This document shows positions 19,987-29,617 of a stretch of 64,000 nucleotides of DNA, one piece after another. Position 1 is the first letter of the stretch; every line of letters begins with the position of its first letter. This stretch comes from Candidatus Levyibacteriota bacterium (GTDB taxonomy: Bacteria; Patescibacteriota; Microgenomatia; Levybacterales; UBA12049). The stretch lies in NCBI GenBank assembly GCA_049519175.1, contig JBEKQZ010000001.1:399679-463678 (forward strand). The letters run 5' to 3'. The position numbers were made by a program, and so were the translations under genes. The notes beneath the pieces were generated by a model. It was given only the letters and a program-made list of their open reading frames with translations. It ran no database searches and was not told where the DNA came from.

Positions 19987-21167
19987 ACATTGAAGAACTT
20001 TTAACCCTATCTTTAAAAGCCATCTGGGGAAACAAATTAAGAAGTTTCTTAACCACGCTTGGCATCACGATTGGCGTGTTTGCCATTATCGTTTTAGTGT
20101 CAATCGGCTCCGGTTTGCAAAGCTATATTACCAACGAAATTTCCTCTTTGGGCTCAAATGTGATTTTTGTTATGCCCGGCAGTTCGGTCGGAATTGGTTC
20201 TATCTTATCAAATAAACTAACACTGCAGGACAGCAAAGATCTTGAGAGAAGAATGATTTCCACCGCTAAAGTTTCTCCCGAAATTAGACAAGTTGAAATA
20301 TTCAAATATAAAAACATCAAAGATAAAGGCGCTTTTGTTCTCGGCGTTTCCTCCGAATACCCTCAAGTTGTGCAAGTGGTTAAAATGGCAGAGGGAAATT
20401 TCTTTAGCTCCGGACAGGAATCAGCGGGCGCAAACGTGGTGGTAATCGGACAAACTGTCAAGACTAAATTTTTTAATGGCACTACCCCTTTAGGAAAAAG
20501 AATCTTCTTAGGCACTAAACTCTATACCATCGTCGGAGTGATTGATAAACTTGGCTCGGTAGCGGGAATTGATGAAGATAATTCCGCCTTTATACCGGTT
20601 GAAGCGGCTAGTGCGCAATACGGCATAAATTCGGTCGCCAGAATTGACATTGCCGCCGATAGTCCAGATCTTCTGCCAATTGTTACCCGGCAAATAAACC
20701 AAACCCTGCTGAAAACATTAACTACGGATGATTTTTCGATTGAAACCGCTGACTCTCTGGAATCGACTATCTCCGACATCACTAATGTACTCTCTTTGGC
20801 TTTAGGGGGAATTGCCGGCATTTCGCTCTTGGTCGGCGGAATTGGGGTTGCCAACATTATGCTGGTTTCGGTAACGGAAAGAACCAGAGAAATCGGGTTA
20901 CGAAAAGCGCTCGGCGCAAAAAGAGGCGACATTCTTAAACAATTCTTGATTGAAGCCGTCGTGCTTTCGGTAACCGGCGGGATCGTCGGAATAGCTTTAG
21001 GAATGCTGGTTTCGGTAGTGATCGCCATTTTGCTTGTCTCAACAGTCACTTTATGGTCGGTCGCTTTAGCCTTTGGATTTTCGGTCGCAATTGGTATAAT
21101 CTTTGGCATGGCTCCGGCAATCAGAGCATCTAAGCTTAGTCCGATTGACGCTTTGCGTTATGAATAA
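19983..21167 (+). CDS. ABC transporter permease, FtsX/MacB-type
   Basis: N-terminal TM, large periplasmic domain, three C-terminal TM helices; stop overlaps the upstream gene (ATGA). Confidence 0.85.
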   Translation: MNIEELLTLSLKAIWGNKLRSFLTTLGITIGVFAIIVLVSIGSGLQSYITNEISSLGSNVIFVMPGSSVGIGSILSNKLTLQDSKDLERRMISTAKVSPEIRQVEIFKYKNIKDKGAFVLGVSSEYPQVVQVVKMAEGNFFSSGQESAGANVVVIGQTVKTKFFNGTTPLGKRIFLGTKLYTIVGVIDKLGSVAGIDEDNSAFIPVEAASAQYGINSVARIDIAADSPDLLPIVTRQINQTLLKTLTTDDFSIETADSLESTISDITNVLSLALGGIAGISLLVGGIGVANIMLVSVTERTREIGLRKALGAKRGDILKQFLIEAVVLSVTGGIVGIALGMLVSVVIAILLVSTVTLWSVALAFGFSVAIGIIFGMAPAIRASKLSPIDALRYE

Positions 21168-22098
21168 AACCATCTCTACTCTTAAATTCCTGGTCGGCTG
21201 GCCGCTGGCGCTTTTGGCCATATTTTTTTTGATTAGACTTTTTCTGCCGCAATTTACCTCAATTCAAACTCGAATGGTCAATGTTAATTTATTTTTGATA
21301 GTCCTCTCAATAATATTTTTTGTAATCTATTATTTTTTACGCTGTTATTTGTGGCAAAAGATTTTAGAATTCAAAGGATATAAACTGCCGCTGATGAAAA
21401 CCGCATACCTTTGGGAGTTTTCCGAATTTAAACGTTATGTTCCCGGAAACGTGTGGTCTTTTTTAAGCCGGGTGTCGCTATTTGAAAATGCGGGCGTCGA
21501 AAAAAAGGTTTCCGGTCTGGCGCTTTTGGACGAAATACAACTGATTATTATTTCTTGCACTTTAATTTCGATTTTTTGCTTACCGCTAATTTTAAGCTCT
21601 GGTGAACCGGTACAGCTACTTAAGGAAATGCAAATTATTATCTTGGGATCATTAATTGCAATCATCGCTTACTCAATTACGGTCGCTTATATTTTTAAGA
21701 AACGGGGAAATAGTAATTTAGCCGCTAATCTTTTCTTGCCGGGCTATTTATGGAAACAAAAACTCATTTTAACCTTAATTGCGGTTGTCACTTTTTTTAT
21801 TTTTGGCCTTGCTACATTGATAGCTTGTCTTGCAGTGTTTAGTTTCGACGTGAGATTATATTTCGAACTGTCGGCTTTTTTTACTTTTGCGCTTTTGGCC
21901 GGTTATCTATCGTTTATTACACCGATGGGTTTGGGAGTGCGCGAAGGAGTCATTGCACTTGGCCTTAGCAAGCTTACTGCAATTGCGAATTCGGGATTCT
22001 TAAGCATTTTCTCAAGAGTAATTTTAATAATTTCCGAAGTAATTTTTATCTGTATCGTTTTTACATTTGAAATTTTAAGCAAAATTAAAAACAAATGA
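21163..22098 (+). CDS. Polytopic membrane protein, flippase-like/lysylphosphatidylglycerol-synthase TM-region-like (UPF0104)
   Basis: About 8 TM helices; start ATG overlaps the preceding stop (ATGAATAAA). Confidence 0.45.
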   Translation, partial: NKTISTLKFLVGWPLALLAIFFLIRLFLPQFTSIQTRMVNVNLFLIVLSIIFFVIYYFLRCYLWQKILEFKGYKLPLMKTAYLWEFSEFKRYVPGNVWSFLSRVSLFENAGVEKKVSGLALLDEIQLIIISCTLISIFCLPLILSSGEPVQLLKEMQIIILGSLIAIIAYSITVAYIFKKRGNSNLAANLFLPGYLWKQKLILTLIAVVTFFIFGLATLIACLAVFSFDVRLYFELSAFFTFALLAGYLSFITPMGLGVREGVIALGLSKLTAIANSGFLSIFSRVILIISEVIFICIVFTFEILSKIKNK

Positions 22099-24503
22099 TG
22101 AATTTCATTAAAAAACACAAATACGGAATAGCATTGATAATTTTGGTTATTTTTTATATTGTTTATTTTACAATTGCTAGTTTTTTGCGCTATAGCAATT
22201 TTTATACCGGCCGGTTTGACTTGGGAAACATGGACCAGACCGTTTGGAACACAATTCACGGCCGAATTTTTCAGATTACGGACCCCAATGGAACAGCCAC
22301 TATTTCGAGATTAGCTTTTCATGCCGATTTTATTTTAATTTTGATTTCTCCCCTCTATTTAATCTGGTCCAATCCCCAAATGCTACTTCTTTTACAGTCG
22401 GTTGTTTTAGGACTAGGGGCAGTCTTTGTCTATTTAATTGCCGACAGTCTTTTGCGCAATAAAAATTTGGCTTTAGCTTTTTCAGTAGTTTATCTACTTA
22501 ATCCGGCGCTGCAATTTTCCAACCTCTTTGATTTTCACGCGGTAGTTTTGGGGACGGCACTTCTTCTGGCAACATTTTATTTTTATCTTAAGCGGAAATA
22601 TTTATTTTTCCTCATCTTTGCCGCGCTGGCAGGACTAACTAAAGAAGAAGTGTGGGCGGTTATCGCGCTATTCGGGCTGGCGATTAGCGCTCGTGTAGTA
22701 TTGGAAAATCGATTAAGTTTTAAACTTGTCAGAAAACAGGTTTATGAGATTATTTTCGGTTTTTTCATCTTCTTAGTATCGGCTTTTACATGCTACCTTT
22801 TGATTTGGATGATTATTCCTTTGGTAAAAGGCGGGGAGCATTTCGCTTTAGCTTACTACTCCGATTTTGGGGGAAGCGCTTCGGACATTTCCAAAAATAT
22901 AATACTGATGCCTTTAAAAACTATTTCTATTATCTTACAACCACAGAAAATTCAATACTTATTTATACTCCTAATACCTTTCGGCCTAACATCGTTGCTT
23001 TCACCATTTTATTTAATTTTAGCTCTTCCCGATTTAGTAATTAATCTTTTAAGCAGCAATGCACAGATGCATGAAATTTATTATCAGTACACGGCCACAA
23101 TCACTCCGTTCTTGGTAGTTTCCGCTATTTACGCCGTTGGATTTTTAAAAAAGCGCTTTCCAAAAATTAATATCCGCATTATCATTATTTATCTTCTTGG
23201 GGCAACTTTTATTTCCGCTTATTTTTACGGACCTCTGCCCGGCGCTATCCACGCCAATATTGCAATGTTTAATCATCAACTGGCAAACAGAAAAAGTATT
23301 GACGATTTTCTCGCAAACATTCCTACACGTTATAGCATTGCCGCCAGCAACAACCTCGGTTCGCATTTGTCGCACCGGAGAAATATCTATACCATTCCGG
23401 TGGGCATTGGACAAGCCGATGTGATTTTGTTTTTGTTAAACGACCAATTTGCTCAACCGTCTCTACAAGCCCAAAAAAACATGGTAAAGGAAATGTCCAA
23501 CGACAAAAAGTATATCCAGGTATACAAAAGCGGGGATTTCGTCGCTTTTGAAAAAAGAAATCTCTATACTAAAGCTAGCCCAAAACCGAAGAAAGGACTG
23601 GTTTCGCTTTTCCCTTACTCGATAACCGCTTTATCGAACCGCAGCTATCAAAAAAGTGATATCACCGTTGAAAGTAACGTGCCGGAAAATGGCAATTTTA
23701 CGAGCTATATTATTTCTTTTACCGCCGATGGCTTAAAGGAATATGCCCTGATGAATATTCCAAATTCTCCGGTGCCGTCCGGCGGATTTCCGGTTGTAGT
23801 TGTTGACCATGGCTATATTCAACCTAACCAATATAGTACTACCGATTCTTATAAATCCGAAACCGATTATTTTGCCAATCAGGGTTTTCTAGTTTTAAAA
23901 CCCGATTACCGGGGCAACGGCAATTCGGAAGTTACCGATGCCCCGTTAATGCGTTTTGCTTATCCGGTTGACGTTTTGACACTTCTTTCGTCGCTTGGCA
24001 ACATTCCGCAAGCTAATCTGCATCAGGTTTTCCTCTGGTCGCATTCGATGGGCGGTGAAGTTACGCTGGAAGTTCTAGAAGCAATTAAAAATAAGCCTTC
24101 GCTAACTTCCGACATCAAAGGCGCAGTATTTTGGGCACCGGTAACTGACGCCGTCAAATGGTTTTCCACCAATAACTTACCGAAACTTCCCGAGGCAAAA
24201 ATCACGCCCTATCCTTACACGCAGACCTTTCAAATTCTAGGCACTCCGGAAAGCAATCCTCAGCTTTGGCAATCACTTTCACCTTTAAACTACTTAAAAA
24301 ATATCAACGTTCCGATTCTATTGCAGCACGGAACAGGGGATACCACCGTACCATACAGCTGGTCGGTTGAGCTAAATAGTGATTTGGTAAAGTTAAACAA
24401 AAAAGTTCAATTTATTTCTTACCCGAATGACACTCACAATTTACCGCTCAATTGGTCTGCAGCAATTTCCAAAGACGCCAGTTTTTTTAAATCACTTCTG
24501 TAA
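22095..24503 (+). CDS. Fusion protein: N-terminal polytopic membrane domain (DUF2079-like) plus C-terminal alpha/beta-hydrolase (S9/dienelactone-hydrolase-like)
   Basis: More than 10 TM helices in the first ~500 aa; C-terminal 'WSHSMGGEV' (GxSxG nucleophile elbow), later 'HGTGDTTV' and 'NDTHN' consistent with the Asp/His of the triad. Confidence 0.5.
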   Translation: MMNFIKKHKYGIALIILVIFYIVYFTIASFLRYSNFYTGRFDLGNMDQTVWNTIHGRIFQITDPNGTATISRLAFHADFILILISPLYLIWSNPQMLLLLQSVVLGLGAVFVYLIADSLLRNKNLALAFSVVYLLNPALQFSNLFDFHAVVLGTALLLATFYFYLKRKYLFFLIFAALAGLTKEEVWAVIALFGLAISARVVLENRLSFKLVRKQVYEIIFGFFIFLVSAFTCYLLIWMIIPLVKGGEHFALAYYSDFGGSASDISKNIILMPLKTISIILQPQKIQYLFILLIPFGLTSLLSPFYLILALPDLVINLLSSNAQMHEIYYQYTATITPFLVVSAIYAVGFLKKRFPKINIRIIIIYLLGATFISAYFYGPLPGAIHANIAMFNHQLANRKSIDDFLANIPTRYSIAASNNLGSHLSHRRNIYTIPVGIGQADVILFLLNDQFAQPSLQAQKNMVKEMSNDKKYIQVYKSGDFVAFEKRNLYTKASPKPKKGLVSLFPYSITALSNRSYQKSDITVESNVPENGNFTSYIISFTADGLKEYALMNIPNSPVPSGGFPVVVVDHGYIQPNQYSTTDSYKSETDYFANQGFLVLKPDYRGNGNSEVTDAPLMRFAYPVDVLTLLSSLGNIPQANLHQVFLWSHSMGGEVTLEVLEAIKNKPSLTSDIKGAVFWAPVTDAVKWFSTNNLPKLPEAKITPYPYTQTFQILGTPESNPQLWQSLSPLNYLKNINVPILLQHGTGDTTVPYSWSVELNSDLVKLNKKVQFISYPNDTHNLPLNWSAAISKDASFFKSLL

Positions 24504-24544
24504 ATGTATTTGCAAAAAATAATGACAAGTTTTACGATTAGCTT

Positions 24545-25348
24545 ATGACGACAATTGTCAAAGCCTCCGGTTTAAAAGAGCAATTTGATGAAGAAAAATT
24601 ACGGGCTTCCGTAAAAAGAGCCGGACTTCCTACTGGCATCGAAAATAAAGTCGTTGAGCATGTTCAATCTAAATTATATGAAAACATTCCTTCCCAAGAA
24701 GTTTATCGACACGTTAACGAATTTTTGCAGCAAGAGCCGCATCCCAATGCCGTTAAATACAAATTAAAACAGGCGCTGATGGAGCTGGGCCCAACCGGCT
24801 ATCCGTTTGAAGATTTTGTTTCCGAAATACTAAAAGCCGGAGGATATTCGACCCAGACCCGCACCATTCTGACGGGCAAGTGCGTTAGTCATGAAATTGA
24901 TGTGATTGCCCAAAAAGAAAATGAGAAATTGATGGTTGAAGCAAAATATCATAATGCGCCCGGGATTCATACCGACGTCCACGTTTCGCTTTACACCAAA
25001 GCCAGATTTGACGACTTAAAGGATAAATATCAATTCACCCAACCCTGGCTTTTTACCAACACCAAAATTACGCCCGACGCACTTACTTACGCGCTTTGTG
25101 TTGGCATGGGCGTAACCGGCTGGAATTATCCCGCGGAAGAAGGATTAAGAAATTTAATTGAGAAATACAAACTTTACCCGGTAACAATTTTGTCTTCGCT
25201 TTCCGGCAACCAAAAACAGCTGCTTCTGGAAAATCACTTTGTTTCCATCGGAGATATTTTGCAAAACCAGAGTTGTCTTGACTTACTAGAAATTCAAAAT
25301 GACAAAAAGGAATTAATAATCAAAGAGGTTATGTCAATTTCGGGTTAA
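24545..25348 (+). CDS. ATP-cone domain fused to a restriction-endonuclease-like (Mrr/PD-(D/E)xK) domain
   Basis: N-terminal ATP-cone-like region (NrdR-like 'KASGLKEQFDEEKLRASVKRAGL'); 'EIDVIA...VEAKYH' PD-(D/E)xK motif. Confidence 0.55.
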   Translation: MTTIVKASGLKEQFDEEKLRASVKRAGLPTGIENKVVEHVQSKLYENIPSQEVYRHVNEFLQQEPHPNAVKYKLKQALMELGPTGYPFEDFVSEILKAGGYSTQTRTILTGKCVSHEIDVIAQKENEKLMVEAKYHNAPGIHTDVHVSLYTKARFDDLKDKYQFTQPWLFTNTKITPDALTYALCVGMGVTGWNYPAEEGLRNLIEKYKLYPVTILSSLSGNQKQLLLENHFVSIGDILQNQSCLDLLEIQNDKKELIIKEVMSISG

Positions 25349-26591
25349 AGTCTGCGGCCAGTTTCTGCCGTTCGTATCTATCCGCCATGAAACCGTTGGG
25401 AACCGTTGTTAATTTGTCCGCGTGCAACAAAAAACCTTTTCTAATCGTATGGTCACCAAATTTTTCGTTGATCTTATCCACCGTTTTAACAATTTGGTCT
25501 TTCTTGACATCGAAATTAAACAAAGACTGTTCTAAATTGGCAACTTCCTGCAAATTACCTACCCAAACACTAATTCTTCGCACATAATCATTTCTTCCAA
25601 AATAAAATCCATTTTCCGCCAAGATTTTTTGGCAAAGCTCAAACATTTCCTGCCCGCTGTCAAAATATTGTTTGATTGATTTGCGGCCGTGCACATTTTT
25701 GCTCCCGCCCAAATAGATTCCGGCAGTTTTGGCCTTTTTACCTAATTTCCGCAGCTTGAGAACGACTTCTTCACACAGCTCATAAACATTTTGCATTGCC
25801 AATCTTTGATCATATTGATTTTGCGGCAAACAATAATTCCGGCCGATTGATTTTGTTTCCGCTGGAAAATAGTAGGGAATAACTGCAGAATCATCTTCAC
25901 CGTCACCAAGCTGTTTTAAAAAATGTCCTTCAACCTGTTTAAATTCTTTCAGAAGAACTTCAAGCGGCGTATTATGAAGCTCTAGTGGAGTATAAATTTT
26001 TAGGCGATTGAGTCTTTCTTCAATTCTTCTCCCAATTCCACAAAAACCACTAAGCTGAACTTTGGCGTAAACTTCTAAAAGATTTTCCGGCGTTATCTCG
26101 ACTTGTCCGTTTGGCTTTTTAAGCCCAGATGCCAACTTTGCCAATAATTTATTATAAGAAATTCCGACTGAAACCGTAATGTATTCACCAATTTCGGTTT
26201 TGATGCGTTGCTTGATTTTCTCAATTAATTGATGTTTTCCGCCGAACAGACTTTGGGTTGAAGTAATATCCATAAAAACCTCATCCAAGGAAAAAAGCTC
26301 AACGAATGGTGAAAAATCTTTACAAATATCCAAAAACTTCTGCGTGATTTCCCAATATCTTTCAAAATGCGCCGGGACAAAAATCATATTGGGAATTTTT
26401 TGCAATGCCTCGAAGGTCCGACTGGGGGATTTAACGCCCATTTTTTTCGCTTGCCGGCTAGCGGCAATGATACAGGTCCGGCCATTTTGCGCCGTTACGC
26501 CAATCGGTTTCCCACGCAGTTTTGGATTAAACTGTTGTTCGCAGGAAGCAAAATAAGAATCGAAATCAATGTGCAGAATCACTTTTTGCAT
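25329..26591 (-). CDS. dinB: DNA polymerase IV (Y-family)
   Basis: 'ILHIDFDSYFASCEQ' catalytic motif; Y-family palm, fingers and little-finger layout. Confidence 0.85.
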   Translation of the reverse strand: MQKVILHIDFDSYFASCEQQFNPKLRGKPIGVTAQNGRTCIIAASRQAKKMGVKSPSRTFEALQKIPNMIFVPAHFERYWEITQKFLDICKDFSPFVELFSLDEVFMDITSTQSLFGGKHQLIEKIKQRIKTEIGEYITVSVGISYNKLLAKLASGLKKPNGQVEITPENLLEVYAKVQLSGFCGIGRRIEERLNRLKIYTPLELHNTPLEVLLKEFKQVEGHFLKQLGDGEDDSAVIPYYFPAETKSIGRNYCLPQNQYDQRLAMQNVYELCEEVVLKLRKLGKKAKTAGIYLGGSKNVHGRKSIKQYFDSGQEMFELCQKILAENGFYFGRNDYVRRISVWVGNLQEVANLEQSLFNFDVKKDQIVKTVDKINEKFGDHTIRKGFLLHADKLTTVPNGFMADRYERQKLAADFNPKLT

Positions 26592-26728
26592 AACTATAAC
26601 AAGAGCCAGTAAAGATAAATTCTAAGGATTTTCTTGAAGATTATTAAGGACAGCATATAACCAGTTTATGAGAATTTTATACGAATATCAATAGAACAAA
26701 ATAAGACAATCGCAGTCAGTTCTTAATC

Positions 26729-27718
26729 CTAAAGCCCGTAGGCGGAAAGTGGGGCGTTGCCGATTCTGGTGCGGTGCAAAGTCATCACGAAACTATCACA
26801 CTGATATTGTCCCGGAATTTCGGTAAACGCACCATCATAACCTTTCCGTTGCAAAGTTTGAATGGCGTTATTATTAAACTCGCCGTATGGATAAGTAAAA
26901 ACTGTTACGGTTTGTCCAGTATGATCCTGGATTTGTTGTTGTGCAATATCGATTTCCGATTCAATTTTATCTTGCGGGCCGTTGGTAATCGCATAATGCG
27001 ACCAGGTGTGATTGGTAAAGTAAATTAATCCGCTGCTTTTTAATTGATCGACTTGGTCCCAAGTTAGCATGTCAGGATTTCCGCCCACCAAACCCGTCGC
27101 CAACATCAAATTCGCCTTGATACCGTATTTTTGCAAAATTGGCAACGCGTAAGTGGCATTATCGGCATAACCATCATCCATTGTTACCATCACCGGTTTT
27201 CCGGGTAGCTGTGAGTGCGTCAAAAGCGCGTTAATTAGTTCATTTGCCCAAACCGGCGTATAGCCATTGGCCACAAGATAAGCCATTTGCTGGTCGAAAA
27301 CACCGTTGTCAACCGATAATGAAGTCTGCCCAAGAGATTGAGCTACCGACTCCGGTTGAATATGGTGATACATTAGAACCGGCACGTGCAAACAGAAACC
27401 GGTTAAAGGCACAGGCGTCGGCGTTATAGTAGTTGTCGGGTATGGAGTAACTAGGGGCGTATAACGAAGCGGCGTAGAATAATCTTTTGTTTTTAAGGAA
27501 ATGTTAGCGGCCGCTTTGTAAGCAGGGAGTTTATTTTGACCGCTTACTATTGAAAATAAACCGCAGAAAAATAAAACCAATAGTCCCAGAAAAATAAATT
27601 TAAACCACGAATTATGTTGTTGCCGACGAGCTCTTTTTAATTTTCGCAGACCTCTAACTTTATGTTTTCGCTTAACCGGCATTAACAAATTATAACACCA
27701 AAGACGCGCTGGCTTCAA
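26729..27718 (-). CDS. Polysaccharide deacetylase (NodB homology domain), membrane-anchored
   Basis: Basic N-terminus plus TM; 'VMVTMDDGYADN' NodB motif 1; His-containing motifs downstream. Confidence 0.7.
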   Translation of the reverse strand: MKPARLWCYNLLMPVKRKHKVRGLRKLKRARRQQHNSWFKFIFLGLLVLFFCGLFSIVSGQNKLPAYKAAANISLKTKDYSTPLRYTPLVTPYPTTTITPTPVPLTGFCLHVPVLMYHHIQPESVAQSLGQTSLSVDNGVFDQQMAYLVANGYTPVWANELINALLTHSQLPGKPVMVTMDDGYADNATYALPILQKYGIKANLMLATGLVGGNPDMLTWDQVDQLKSSGLIYFTNHTWSHYAITNGPQDKIESEIDIAQQQIQDHTGQTVTVFTYPYGEFNNNAIQTLQRKGYDGAFTEIPGQYQCDSFVMTLHRTRIGNAPLSAYGL

Positions 27719-27766
27719 ACCTGTGGTATAATAAAAGTACAGCTCCTCAAAAAGCTGTTTTTTATT

Positions 27767-29602
27767 ATGAACCTGGACGAGTTTACATCAGACAAAATCA
27801 GAAATGTGGCGGTTATCGCCCACGTTGACCATGGCAAAACCACTTTGGTGGATTTTATGCTAAAGCAATCACATACTTTCCGTGCAAACGAAGCCGAAAT
27901 GCAGCAAACTACTATTCTAGATTCCAATCCTTTAGAAAGAGAACGGGGAATTACAATTTTGGCCAAAAACACCGCCATCTATTATAAAGGTTACAAAATT
28001 AATATCATTGATACTCCCGGTCACGCCGATTTTTCCGGCGAAGTCGAAAGAACTTTAAATATGGCAGACGGCGCACTGTTGATTATTGACGCGCAGGAAG
28101 GTCCGATGCCACAAACTAAGTTCGTTTTGAAAAAAGCTTTGGAGTTGGGATTAAAAATCATTGTCGTTATTAATAAACTTGACAAACAATTGGCTAATGT
28201 ACAAAAAACCGTTGACGAAACCAACGATTTATTTTTAGAACTGGCAACCGACACTAAGCATTTGGAATTTCCCATTTTTTACGCCATCGGACGGGAAGGT
28301 AAAGCCGCCGCCTCACTTGAGGAATTGAAAACTAGCGAGAATTTGGAGCCGATTTTAAACGAAATCATTGAATTTATTCCTAGTCCCAAAGTCGGAGAAG
28401 GTAAGTTTCAAATGCTAGTTTCCAATTTGGATTACGACGTCCATAAAGGCAAACACGCCATCGGCCGAATCCACAGAGGGGGTTTGAAAAAAGGGCAAAG
28501 CTTAGTTGTTATCAACGCCGCAGGGAAAATTTTTCCGGGCAAAGCGGAAAGCATCCGCTTAAGCCACGGTCTAAAAAAAATTGAAGTTGATCAAGCTTTT
28601 GCCGGAGACATTGTTGATATCACTGGTTTTCCGACCGTCACAATTGGCGACACTATTGCCGATTTTTCCGACCCGCAAGCGCTGCCGCGCATTTATTTGG
28701 AAGAACCAACTATTAAAATTGCAATTTCCGCTAACACTTCGCCGTTTGCCGGACGGGAAGGAAAATTTACCAACTCCAGGCAAATTTTGGAAAGATTGGT
28801 AAAAGAGCTGGAAACAAATATCAGCCTGCGTTTGGAAAAAGAGGGCGATAAAATGATTGTTTCGGGACGCGGTGAATTGCACTTGGCAATTTTAATTGAA
28901 ACGCTGCGGCGCGAAGGATACGAATTTCAGGTTGAAAAACCGCAAGTAATTACTAAAGTTGTTAACAGTGTTGTAATGGAACCGGTGGAAATTGCGATGA
29001 TTGATGTTCCCGACCAATTTTTGGGTATTATTACCGCCGAAATGGGCACCCGCAAAGGACAAATGATTAATATGCTCTCCGACGGCAAAGGCAATACTAA
29101 ATTTGAATATAAAATACCGTCCAAAAATTTATTTGGCATCAGAAACGATTTGCTCACCAATACCAAAGGCACCGCGGTTGTCAATATGTTGTTTTTAGAT
29201 TACGAACCGATGTCTCCGGCAGTTTCGCAAATTCGAAACGGTGTTTTGATTGCTTCGGAAAGCGGCAACGCTTTAAAATACGGTTTGAACAACGCGCAGG
29301 GTAGAGGAATTACTTTTATCGAGCCGGGCATGCCGGTTTATGAAGGAATGATTATCGGTGAAAACACTCGGCAGGACGACATTGAAATTAACGTTACTAA
29401 AGAGAAAAAACAAACCAACATGCGTGCTTCTACCGCCGACGTAAGCTTGGGCGCCTTAACTCCGGCGGTAGTGATGAGTCTTGAAGAATGCATTGACTTT
29501 TTGGAAGACGACGAACTTTTGGAAGTAACTCCAAAAAATTTAAGACTACGCAAAAAATTTCTTACTAATCTTGAAAGAGTCAGGCAAAGAAGAGCTAATT
29601 AG
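27767..29602 (+). CDS. typA: Translational GTPase TypA/BipA
   Basis: 'IRNVAVIAHVDHGKTTLVD' G1; 'DTPGHADF' G3; 'NKLD' G4; 611 aa. Confidence 0.9.
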   Translation: MNLDEFTSDKIRNVAVIAHVDHGKTTLVDFMLKQSHTFRANEAEMQQTTILDSNPLERERGITILAKNTAIYYKGYKINIIDTPGHADFSGEVERTLNMADGALLIIDAQEGPMPQTKFVLKKALELGLKIIVVINKLDKQLANVQKTVDETNDLFLELATDTKHLEFPIFYAIGREGKAAASLEELKTSENLEPILNEIIEFIPSPKVGEGKFQMLVSNLDYDVHKGKHAIGRIHRGGLKKGQSLVVINAAGKIFPGKAESIRLSHGLKKIEVDQAFAGDIVDITGFPTVTIGDTIADFSDPQALPRIYLEEPTIKIAISANTSPFAGREGKFTNSRQILERLVKELETNISLRLEKEGDKMIVSGRGELHLAILIETLRREGYEFQVEKPQVITKVVNSVVMEPVEIAMIDVPDQFLGIITAEMGTRKGQMINMLSDGKGNTKFEYKIPSKNLFGIRNDLLTNTKGTAVVNMLFLDYEPMSPAVSQIRNGVLIASESGNALKYGLNNAQGRGITFIEPGMPVYEGMIIGENTRQDDIEINVTKEKKQTNMRASTADVSLGALTPAVVMSLEECIDFLEDDELLEVTPKNLRLRKKFLTNLERVRQRRAN

Positions 29603-29617
29603 TGCTACAATGGTGGC

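Noticed and set aside
20522-21109. 195-aa minus-strand ORF inside the ABC permease gene
   Set aside because: Antisense to the FtsX-type permease, whose TM helices are coherent on the + strand; Thr/Ser/Pro-rich artefact.
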